Of a stretch of 41,992 nucleotides of DNA, positions 32,660-41,992 are shown piece after piece. The notes under the pieces are model-generated. The model did not search any database, had not been told where the DNA came from, and saw only the letters and a list, made by a program, of their open reading frames with translations. Positions within the stretch are counted from its first letter, which is position 1, and every line of letters starts with the position of its first letter. The translations under genes and the position numbers were made by a program. Source of the DNA: Hydrurus foetidus (lineage: Eukaryota); the NCBI GenBank assembly GCA_900617105.1, contig UYFQ01000045.1, positions 1 to 41,992 on the forward strand. The letters are read 5' to 3'.

Positions 32660-33674
32660 TTTTCTGCTGGGGCAGGTTCCATCGAGCGGCCATTTTTTTT
32701 CTGGTCAGATTGTCAGGTATCCCTCTTCGCAGTCTCACGTCCTTCAAGAGGAAGACTGAAAATGACCTTTTTTGTCACAATTAAATGATAGTCAGCGAAA
32801 ATCCAACCAGCAATAATTGTCGCTCACGAATTTGTCACCGTTGTGTACGACAGTTGAAACTATGATATAGCGAGGTCTACCTTCCGAAAGACACCTCCTT
32901 CAAGAGTCGCGTTTCGATTTCCTTGCTCACTATGGTAAGTTGCGACTATTTTAGCGTCAGATGGGTGCTTCACAGCAGGTAAAAGTTGATTATCACTTGG
33001 CAAAAATATTAGAGTGTATATTAACATTTTACGACGACCGAACTCGCATCGAAATCTAATGATTTTCCTTACGATCTCACGCATTCATGACTTACAGGTA
33101 TCAAAGATGATCGAACCGGAAGGAATTACTTACCAGATTTTTTCCTCATTACCTATAGCAAATATTCGTCGTCAATATAGCCATGTTTTTACCCCATGGG
33201 ATATCTATCTGGTGGAGACAGTCATCGTTGGAAGACAGCGAAATGAAGTCGAAATCGCGACAGGTTAAGCATTTTAAGTGCCATTTAGTTCTGTTAATTT
33301 CACCTTACGTCGAATGTACAGCGCTCCTCCTGTGTATTTTCAATTCATCTGTGTGGTGATCGTTCTAGGTTATAGTGTCCTGATTTACAATTATTCGTGT
33401 AATCTACTCGTACTGTAATAATGTCACTGCTCAACTTCACTTCTTAGATTGATTGTCAATCATGTCGATCTAATTTCAATCACAGTTTGACTGTCTCTGC
33501 AATATATATTCGCTGAATCACGGTGACTAATTAATGCCGAACTATAATTAAAACGGTTCTGTAGAGTCTGGATCACAGTAGTTAGAGCTCCTGCTTCGGA
33601 TCCAGATCAAGTCAAATGTCCTCTGTACGCTTCTTGGTGCTGTCTAAAAGCATTAGAGCTACAGAGGATGCAGA

Positions 33675-34154
33675 CACAGTGCGAGAGTGGAAGTAGTGTG
33701 GTGCTGTACAGTGTAAGGTATTGTTCGGTGGAGTGCAGTGCTAGCGGTGTCGTGCAGTGCGAGAGTGGAAGGTGTTATGGGGTGAAGTTATGTGAAGTGA
33801 AGTGTGGTGCTGCACATTGCGAAAGAGGAAGGTGTTATGGGGTGAAGTGATGTGAAGTGAAGTGTGGTGCTGCACATTGCGAGAGAGGAAGGTGTTATGG
33901 GGTGAAGTTATGTGAAGTGAAATGAAGTGTTGTGCTGTACAGTGTAAGGTGCTCTTCGGTGGAGTGCAGTGCGAGCGGTGTTGCACAGTGCGAGAGTGGA
34001 AGGTGTTATGGGGTGAAGTTATGTGAAGTGAAGTGTGGTGCTGCACATTGCGAAAGAGGAAGGTGTTGTGAAATGAAGTGTGGTGCTGCACAGTGCGAGA
34101 GTGGAAGGTGTTATGGGGTGAAGTTATGTGAAGTGAAATGAAGTGTGGTGCTGC
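33675..34154. repeat. Minisatellite with a unit of about 60 bp and variant subunits
   Basis: Repeated GCACATTGCGAAAGAGGAAGGTGTTATGGGGTGAAGTTATGTGAAGTGAAGTGTGGTGCT, interleaved twice with a GTGCTGTACAGTGTAAGGT...GGTGGAGTGCAGTGC block. Confidence 0.93.
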
Positions 34155-34422
34155 TTCTATGTTTTCGTTTCTTCCTTGGTCCATTTTTCTTACCCACCAA
34201 GAATGTCTTGATCTGATCTTCATTTTTATTTTTTATTTAGAGATTTTTTTTTCTTCTATTTTTTGATAAACAATTCATCTAATTTTTAAGGCATTGGGCT
34301 ATTGATAGGCATGATAGATACCGTTACTTTCATTGATTAAGTCGAGGCAGAAACAGGAAGTCAAACAACCTCAATACGACTACTGTATTTCATTACTTTT
34401 CTATTCGAAGAGATTGTATGAT

Positions 34423-36290
34423 TTACTGTGACTTTTTCTTCTGGGCCTTCTTTCGCAACTCGACAGCTGGAACATGACGTTTTCTACTGTTACCGACTAC
34501 AAGTGATGACAACGTCGAGGGCGCATTGGACTTGACTCGCGCTTCTGTTGGCTCAAGAGTGACCGATCCCAAGCTTCGGCGATGAGCGTTTGACTCCATC
34601 GTCGCTTTGGCGGCATTTCTGTAAGAATAATGGCTACAATTAGCTGTAAAAAATTGTAGGCAGCTCTGTATTCTTCTCCTCCCGAACCAACCAACTCCCA
34701 TGCAGAAGCAGATGCAACCTGTGCCTAGTTCCAGCTTACCAACGGGCCTATCGATTGCCTGTTCCCACTAGATATATAACTTGAAACCGTGTGAAGAGCT
34801 ACTGAATCTAGAGCAATGTCATTCATGAATTGCAAGTGATATACAGGATGAAAATGTTGTTTCATGTTGATGGAAATACTGCCATCGTAGAAAAGAGCGA
34901 AGATGTGTTTGCTTGGAATCCCTCATCTTGCGTAAGAGGGAGAAGTTCAGACTATACCTCCAGTGGGGCTGATGAACACAAGATCTACTGAGCCATTTAT
35001 CGTTCTGGATTTAACCTGGTAGTACTCACCTACTGCATAAGTACAGTTGTTGTCGGTACTGTACTCAAGTTTCACAACACACCGGAATCTTGCTGTTGAC
35101 GGTCCCCTCTTTTCTTGAGAGATGCGTAAGGCCCTTTCAATGTCCGATGAATTCAATAACTTTTCAACTTTGTATCCGAAACCCCTCTGAAACTGATCAA
35201 GGGTCAGCTTAATTCCTTCGTCAGCAAGTGACGCAGTGAGATGTTTAGTAAAGTTCGAGAACCCTAGACACCTTGTAGATTCTAGCAGTGTCTTGACTGA
35301 TGTTGCCGAATGTTTTCTGTCGACATTGAGCTTCCTCCTAATTAACGACTCACGGAAAAAAGGCAGGACCCTATCAAGTGGTAGTAGCATTTTTCGTAGA
35401 TTCAACTTCAGTGTCGAGTGAATACCTGTATCATTTGCGTGAACGATGCAGTAAGAAATCATAGAAAAAATTGCAAAATAAAGATATAGCGATCGTAATT
35501 GTCAGCTCACCTTCTTGCATTGAACTAGCTTGAAATCCATAATCTAGTTCCCATGTGAAAGCACATGTTGCCCAAGTCGCGACATTACGCCATAAAAAGT
35601 CTATGTAAATTCTGGACTTTGGAAACTTTACAAGTACCTCATCTAGCCTGAAGCGAACTAAGGGTAACGATGGCGCTGTCCTTAGATACTTCCATACAGC
35701 ATGCCAGGATATGGTAGTGAGGGCGGCATCCAGACCGCTGATCAATCCAGAAACCTTCAGAGCATACAATATTTGATTCGGGGTAAGATTTTTAGGGTAC
35801 CGATTACGCTGTCCATCAATAATAATCAAACCACAGACAACATTATACCTCATTGCTACTGCTACTTGTCCCCTGCAGCGCATCAGCCGTAAAACAGATT
35901 CCGTCCTCCTGATCGGCATCACAGGTATTGTACGGCTCCAGCTAACCGGGAGATTCACACGTGAATGAATCTGGGAAGTCGCTGATAGAGATCAGTTTCT
36001 GCCACTTGCAGCATTTGTCACTTTGTATCCAATGATCTTTTAGTGCTGGAGAATATGTAAATGTTGACGATGATAGACGACATATTACAGTGGCATTTTG
36101 GACTAAATCATAAGCACAATGCAGTAAGAATAGTACTTGTATCGTCGCTGGTATCACCTGCAGTCTCAGTGGGTGTCGTCATACACATGTATCCAAAAAG
36201 TTTCTTAATGTTCTCAGTTGCATGATAGAGACAGAGAATAATTCTCACTCGCTCGAACTTAATTCTAGCCGCCTTAAAATTAGCAGGATC
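34423..36290 (-). pseudogene. Decayed MULE (Mutator/FAR1-like) transposase-like sequence with an intron and a SWIM-finger remnant
   Basis: LWRNVATWATCAF...GFQASSMQEG joins IHSTLK across a GT-AG intron (35510-35426), resembling the W..WA...G...ES.N..LK catalytic-Glu region. Downstream V*TSPSYAR*GIPSKHIF resembles CxC...GIPCxH. It has a basic C-terminus and multiple stops and frameshifts. Confidence 0.55.
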
Positions 36291-36293
36291 TCC

Positions 36294-36533
36294 TATGGCT
36301 CTGATCGGGACCTAGGACAGAGGGCGGGACACGGAGGGACGAAGGAAAGCGACGTTGTTAGGATAACGTTGTGATTATAGTTTACAGTTAAAGGATAGGT
36401 GATGTACAGTCTCCTAACAAGGCGGGAGTTCTATGTAGAACTAAGACCCAAAACTGGAATCTGGGCGTATTGTACCTATTGTACCTAGTTAACCTAGACA
36501 CATTGTATCCACCTAGGGATGCATAAGGCTACA
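36294..36533 (-). repeat. Element 3 3' LTR (about 240 bp; 36302 is an alternative left boundary)
   Basis: Direct repeat of 41731-41992. It starts TGTAGCC on the element strand directly after the purine tract. Confidence 0.93.
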
Positions 36534-36734
36534 CTACCCCTTCTTCCTTTTTTGAAAATCAACACCAATATGTGTTAGAGAAAAAAAGTATATGTATATA
36601 TATATAGCGTATAAAAACTTGAAACGATTATGTCAGACTTTTACTGACTAAACTCTCCAAAAAAGACCCGTAGGTAAAAAAAAATGGGAGAGAATCCTCA
36701 TGGATAAAGTTTCAAGGATATATGTATATAAAAG

Positions 36735-38555
36735 TCAACGATGTTGTTTATTGATTAAATTAGTCATGTTATTATGACGTAAATAATCATGAAGTTTAAC
36801 AACATCACGAAGACTTGAATAAGGTTCCCAAGTGTTTTTGTCAGAAGGGTAATTTAACCATTTGACTAAAAACTCTATGTGGGTACGTTGATGTTTACCA
36901 CGATGATCAAGAATATCTTCAACAAAGTATTCCATGTGATCACGTCGTGCAACATCTAACGGATTTGTGATTGATGGGTCAAATAGAAAAGGTTTCATTG
37001 CAGATACATGAAATTCTGATGTTTTCTGAGTGACTAGATCATAAAGTGTGTAACGCGAATTTTCGCCACTAACGACTTTTAATGGACCTCTCCAATGCGT
37101 GTGAAGACGTGAAGGAGGTGATCCATCGCGATAGTGCACCAAGACATAAGAGTCTTTTGGATACTCTACATGCTGAAAGATTTGAGACTGACTTTGATGA
37201 AGCAAATCTGTGCGAAGAAGCTCTTTAGCAGAAGCTTTAAGAAGACTTTCTTGCGTTTTGAGTAGATTGCTCATACGCTTTGACAAAGGTTTGTCATCAG
37301 TAACATTTCGCTCAGCAGGAGGTAAAAAGATACCTCTATCGAGTTTCAGTACATTTCCGAAAAGAAGTTGAGAAGATGATATCTTCAAACGATCACTGTG
37401 GTTAGAATTTAAAATTCGTTGCACAAATGGTAGTGATGTTTTATAATCTTCTAGTGTGACATTATCGAATGTTAATGCACGAAGATGTCTATTAACTTCT
37501 TTATTCATGCGCTCAACAATAGCATTTTCTTCTTTAGAATATGCTAAAGTAAGACAATGTTGAGTGCCAATAAGAGTTAGAAACTCTTTGATAACTTCGG
37601 AAATGAAGTGTGGCCCATTATCAGAACGGAGTTGGAGAGGTGCGCCGAAACGACCGAAATGTTGCAAGAGGCATTTAGCTGTTGAAAGTGCCGTAGCATC
37701 TTCTGTATGAAACAGTTCAACCCATCTTGTGAACGTATCGATAATTACGAGTACGTACCCGCCGTCTGGAAACGGTCCTATGAAGTCTATGTTAAGGCAT
37801 TCCATAGGTGTGTAAGTAGAAGTTGAGAAGCCATGAGCATGTATTGGTATCTTTAACATACTCATCTTCTGACAACACGAACAGTGATCTATGAACCACC
37901 TGACATGCTGTCGCATATATTGCCAAATTTCATTATTGTCTTTGAGACGCTTTAGAGTGCGCTCTAGACCGAAATGTCCAACTTGTGAGTTGTGTACTTT
38001 ACTGATTGTATTGTACTGCTCACGTGTTAGTTTAAATTTCTCAATAGTATTAGCAGACATGATTGCATCAGGAGTATATTCCTGAGGGAAATCAACCATG
38101 TTATTGCGACAGAGTCGAGACATCGAATCAGCTATATCATTGTTAGATCCAGGTATATATTCAATCTTAAATGAATATTCGGATAAGGCCATAAACCACC
38201 GAACAATCATTGGATTTGAATTATCCTTGATGTATAACAAGTTACGATGATCTGTACGTAATGTAAACGTACGATCACGTAATAGCGATTTTAAATACGT
38301 GCACGAATAAAAGATAGCATATGCTTCTTTCTGTATAACAGCCCAACGAAGCTGAGCTTTGTTAAGTGATTTACTGACAAATGCTATGGGCGTCTCTTGA
38401 CCGTCAACTAACTGGAAAAGATAGGCACCTACACCGTAGTCCGATGCATCAGTGTGCAAGTAAATCGGATCGGTGTCACTTAAAAGTGCATAGTCGTGCA
38501 TTTTGAAATCTCGGATTTGATCAAATTGAATGCTCTGAGAGCTTCTATTGTCCAA
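36735..38555 (-). CDS. Pol C-terminal fragment: RNase H, integrase, chromodomain
   Basis: LHTDASDYGVGA; HHCC zinc motif (HNSQVGH...CSCC); D-D-E (IDF, SDNG, VERMN); WRGP; chromodomain YFVEDILDHR...FLVKW...NTWEP. Confidence 0.92.
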   Translation of the reverse strand: MDNRSSQSIQFDQIRDFKMHDYALLSDTDPIYLHTDASDYGVGAYLFQLVDGQETPIAFVSKSLNKAQLRWAVIQKEAYAIFYSCTYLKSLLRDRTFTLRTDHRNLLYIKDNSNPMIVRWFMALSEYSFKIEYIPGSNNDIADSMSRLCRNNMVDFPQEYTPDAIMSANTIEKFKLTREQYNTISKVHNSQVGHFGLERTLKRLKDNNEIWQYMRQHVRWFIDHCSCCQKMSMLKIPIHAHGFSTSTYTPMECLNIDFIGPFPDGGYVLVIIDTFTRWVELFHTEDATALSTAKCLLQHFGRFGAPLQLRSDNGPHFISEVIKEFLTLIGTQHCLTLAYSKEENAIVERMNKEVNRHLRALTFDNVTLEDYKTSLPFVQRILNSNHSDRLKISSSQLLFGNVLKLDRGIFLPPAERNVTDDKPLSKRMSNLLKTQESLLKASAKELLRTDLLHQSQSQIFQHVEYPKDSYVLVHYRDGSPPSRLHTHWRGPLKVVSGENSRYTLYDLVTQKTSEFHVSAMKPFLFDPSITNPLDVARRDHMEYFVEDILDHRGKHQRTHIEFLVKWLNYPSDKNTWEPYSSLRDVVKLHDYLRHNNMTNLINKQHR

Positions 38556-38655
38556 GTTATTTTCTTATACTTATTATAGTTAAGAAGCAACTGATGTAAC
38601 GGGTATACAACAGTAGAAGCGTTTCTAACAAAGTCGTGAAAATAATTAACCAATC

Positions 38656-39771
38656 CTAAAAACTTTTGAGTTGTTTAGATAGTACTGGTTTAGGAAAATC
38701 TAAGACAGTCCGTATTTTTTCTTGTGACATTCTAAGTCCATCTGCAGATAGAACTTTGCCAACATAGTCTATTTCGGCATAGCCTAGATAACACTTATTC
38801 GGTTTAAGGAATATTTTGTGTTTTCTAAAGCGTTCAAAAACAAGACGAAGTCTAGAAATGAGTTCATCAATGTCTTTACCGAAAACATTGCAATCATCGA
38901 TGTACATTTCGCATATAGAGTATATCAGACCTGCTAACACAACAGTCGTCATAATCTGTTGGAAATAGGAGGGTGCTTGTTTTGGCCCAAAGGGTAAACG
39001 AGTGAATTGACATACTCCGCAGAAAAGTATGAATGCAGTATAAGCACGTGCAGCGAGTGTAAGTGGTGCTTGATGGTAACCTTGAGTGAGGTCAAGTACA
39101 GCAAACACTTTTGCTTTATGTGCACCTATTCTACGCAACATCTCACCGATGTGTGGAATAGGATGTGATTTATCTTCGGTACAATTGTTGAGATTCCGAA
39201 AATCAATACACATGCGCTTAGTTCCATCAGATTTTGGAACTAGTAAAACTTGGCTATAATAAGCCGCGTTTGATTTTTCAACAATATTATGTTTTTCAAG
39301 TTTTTTAATTTGACTAAGAATGTCAGCTTGATCAACTGTTGATTTAGACCATGGAGGTTGTCTATTTCTAGGGACTCTCCATTGGTCGTCATTGACATGA
39401 AAGTCAAAAGGTGGAATATCAGCAGGAGTGGCCGAAAGTTCACTGCTAAATATATCCTTGAATTCGTGTACTAGTAATCGAAGTTTATTTTTCTGATCTT
39501 CATCACCTGCTAAGTTTATTAGCGAGAGTGGGTCAGTATCAGGAAATTCATCTATCCAAGGTGAAAACGAGTCCTTGATCGAGTCGTCGATTTCATCCTC
39601 ATCAGGGGGCACAGCCTCAAAAAGTCTTTCAGACTCTTGTATTAGTGAAGCTAGAATAACGTGTGTTTGGGTGACTGCCGGTTTCACCTTTTGGGTTAAA
39701 GGATCGACTTTTGGGGAGCCATCGGAGGGTTGCAAATTCTCCTTAGGCTGACAGCCACACGTTATATCCAC
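38656..39771 (-). CDS. Pol fragment: reverse transcriptase (frameshifted from the downstream fragment)
   Basis: RMCIDFRNLN, LDLTQGYHQ, LPFG and MYIDD. The continuation FLGLVNYF is in another frame after a T run. Confidence 0.92.
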   Translation of the reverse strand: MDITCGCQPKENLQPSDGSPKVDPLTQKVKPAVTQTHVILASLIQESERLFEAVPPDEDEIDDSIKDSFSPWIDEFPDTDPLSLINLAGDEDQKNKLRLLVHEFKDIFSSELSATPADIPPFDFHVNDDQWRVPRNRQPPWSKSTVDQADILSQIKKLEKHNIVEKSNAAYYSQVLLVPKSDGTKRMCIDFRNLNNCTEDKSHPIPHIGEMLRRIGAHKAKVFAVLDLTQGYHQAPLTLAARAYTAFILFCGVCQFTRLPFGPKQAPSYFQQIMTTVVLAGLIYSICEMYIDDCNVFGKDIDELISRLRLVFERFRKHKIFLKPNKCYLGYAEIDYVGKVLSADGLRMSQEKIRTVLDFPKPVLSKQLKSF

Positions 39772-39794
39772 TTGCTCAGAAGATAAAACTTCCG

Positions 39795-41601
39795 CTAATG
39801 GGTTGTGCTTGATGAAGCATTGGCAGATATTTGATCTGGGAATCGTGAAAACAAATTCAATTCGCGAATTGTTTTTCGTCCCACTATTAGATCAAATTTT
39901 GAATCGTTTAAAACATAAGCCGTGATTTGAAAAGTATAATAATTATTTAAATCAGGGCAAAAATAAGAAAGAGTTAAGTCTATAGTGTCAGAAATATCAT
40001 AACAATGATTATCTAATCCACTACAAACTTTACACAATTTCTTTGAAGAGTTAGAAACGAATTGTGTGAAATTATGTTAGTTAAAATGCGGCGATGTATA
40101 AAGTTGCCAGCAAAAGAGCCGGTGTCCAGGAGAGTAAAGACTCTATTACTTTTTCCAGCATAACCTCCTGTGAGAGGGGAGATACGAAGAAAGGAATAAG
40201 TTCTGGATCATCGGAAAGAATAGATGATGAATTTAGGTTGCATAGTTGCTCACCTTTGTGTTTCTTCGCAGGGTTTGTCGAGTCTGCTGTTGAAGTAGCA
40301 GGTTTTGACGAAGAGGAAGAGGAGGAAGAGGAAGACGATGAAGAAGAGGTCGATGTCTTAGGTAAAGTTGGAATAAACTTAGCCTTTGAATCGACTTTCA
40401 ACAACTGCTTATGACCCTCAGAGTTGATGTAGGGTGTCTGTACTGTTATAGTACGGAGACGTAGTGTAGAAACACGTGGCGACGAAATGGCCTAATCTCC
40501 CACAACCTGTGCACAGAGGTCTTTCGAATTTGTCAGACTTGTCTGATTGCACAGATTGCTCGCTCTCTCGTGGACGTTTTTGATTTTGTCCTGAGAGGAA
40601 CGAGGAGGAGCTTTGATTTGGCGAGAGTTATCACCATACAAAGGAGAGACATCAATGAACCGTAAGGCATCAATTGATTCTCGTAGCTTAGCAAGCTGCG
40701 CAAGCCATACGAATCGAAAGTCTTCGATTGTAATGAGTCTTGGCGTTGTATTGTTAAGACTACGCTGTAACACTGCTCTCCAATTGATAGGTTCGACAGG
40801 CAACTTATCGATTAGAATTTTGGTTGCCTGAAGTTGGAGAGCGGGTGTTGCATCAGGGAATCCATCAACAATATCAGCTAAAAGCTGATCTGTCTTGTCT
40901 TCCACTGATTTATCCTTCAGGTCGAATTGAAGTGCGACCTGAGAAACAGTTTCAATGAAACTCAGCTTGTCAGTTCGATTGACAGCTGATGTAGGAACTG
41001 TGAGATTGAGTTCTCTACAGAACAATTGATTCGACCAATGTTTCCAATTGTTACAGGAGTCGCGACGATCGGGATCAGTCGCAAACTTACGCTTGAGAAG
41101 CGTTGTAAACGATTGATGGTTGGAAACATGGACTACGTCAACTGGTTTAAATGGAGTTCCATTTGAAAGGAGAACTTCCATTACCCGTAGTACTTCCTGA
41201 CGAGAGGGCACGGCGCTCAACTTAGGAGCTCTCTCACCCGTTTGCACATATTGCTGGGGTGGTGCCATCGTCCTTGGAATAGGATTCTCAGCTGAAGCTG
41301 GTGTCGCAGCCGAAGCTGGTGTCGCAGCCGAAGCTGGTTGTAACGACAAAGCGTTCAATGCAGAAATGACAGGGACATCAATGGCAGACATGACCGCAGG
41401 CTCCGAATTCCGCTGAGGAATCGGTGCAGACAGGTCGCCGGCGGGGTCCTGAGCCGCAGGTGGCCCAGGAAAATCTGCATCTGCTCGTCGATGGTTATGC
41501 TCATCATGACGTTGTCGGAAAGCGACGGCCACAGCTCGAGGCTGCTGTCGTCGGAGGGCGTTGATGGAGCTAGTCTTCTTCTCCTGGCGTCGTACTGCCA
41601 T
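39795..41601 (-). pseudogene. Gag and protease of element 3, interrupted by frameshifts/stops
   Basis: ORFs 40492-41601, 40081-40404 and 39795-40037. The zinc knuckle and DTG motif fall in frames shifted from the listed ORFs. Confidence 0.8.
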
Positions 41602-41730
41602 AATGTTGGCGTTGCGGGTAAAGTTGGAGGAGGAGACGGATGGAAAGAGGGAGGAGAAAAAATTTTCTCGGATTGAACTTTGACGAAACTTTGATGGAAG
41701 TAACTTTGGTGGATGACCAAATATCGATAT

Positions 41731-41992
41731 TATGGTCTTGATCGGGACCTAGGACGATGGCACCGAAGTTGGTAGGACAGAGGGCGGGACACGGAGGGAC
41801 GAAGGAAAGCGACGTTGTTAGGATAACGTTGTGATTATAGTTTACAGTTAAAGGATAGGTGATGTACAGTCTCCTAACAAGGCGGGAGTTCTATGTAGAA
41901 CTAAGACCTAAAACTGGAATCTGGGCGTATTGTACCTATTGTACCTAGTTAACCTAGACACATTGTATCCACCTAGGGATGCATAAGGCTAC
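41731..41992 (-). repeat. Element 3 5' LTR
   Basis: Matches the 3' LTR apart from a 23-bp extra segment, one C/T substitution and a small difference near the inner end. Confidence 0.93.

Larger units (their letters stand above)
36294..41992 (-). mobile_element. Ty3/Gypsy chromovirus (element 3), near full length; 5' LTR cut 1 nt short by the window edge
   Basis: Two LTRs, a PPT (36534-36553), and order Gag, zinc knuckle CTGCGRLGHFVATC, protease LLDTGS, RT (YIDD), RNase H (TDASD), integrase, chromodomain. Confidence 0.96.

Noticed and set aside
32700..33300. Possible small exons with GT/AG signals
   Set aside because: I could not assemble a coherent frame or recognise a domain.
33675..34223. 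CRISPR-like array, or a His/Thr-rich 160-aa ORF
   Set aside because: The units are contiguous with no unique spacers, there are no cas genes and the context is eukaryotic. The ORFs are translations of the minisatellite.
1..41992. tRNA, rRNA or ribozyme genes
   Set aside because: No cloverleaf, rRNA or hammerhead core pattern was recognised by eye. A covariance-model scan would be needed to exclude them.

Overview
This is eukaryotic, intron-containing genomic DNA with short GT-AG introns. The gene and transposon content suggests a protist, possibly a stramenopile, but that is inference. About half of the window is transposon-derived: two Ty3/Gypsy elements (one a chromovirus), a very young Ty1/Copia with identical LTRs and a 5-bp TSD, a tyrosine-recombinase remnant, a decayed intron-containing MULE-like transposase and four TIR/foldback elements. 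Host genes I could splice together by eye are an OGT-like GT41 glycosyltransferase with an apparent signal peptide, three tandem copies of a small secreted collagen-like gene with a Cys-rich tail, a PP2C phosphatase and a TPR protein. Three signals stand out. (1) None of the three near-complete LTR elements shows a canonical tRNA primer site: both Gypsy elements carry a 12-bp palindrome at that position, and the Copia carries a 10-mer complementary to its own LTR. (2) The triplicated secreted protein has a minicollagen-like layout with Lys/Ser motifs and mirror-spaced cysteines. (3) An apparently secretory-pathway OGT-like enzyme with altered active-site residues lies next to that array. All alignments were done by eye and no database searches were run.
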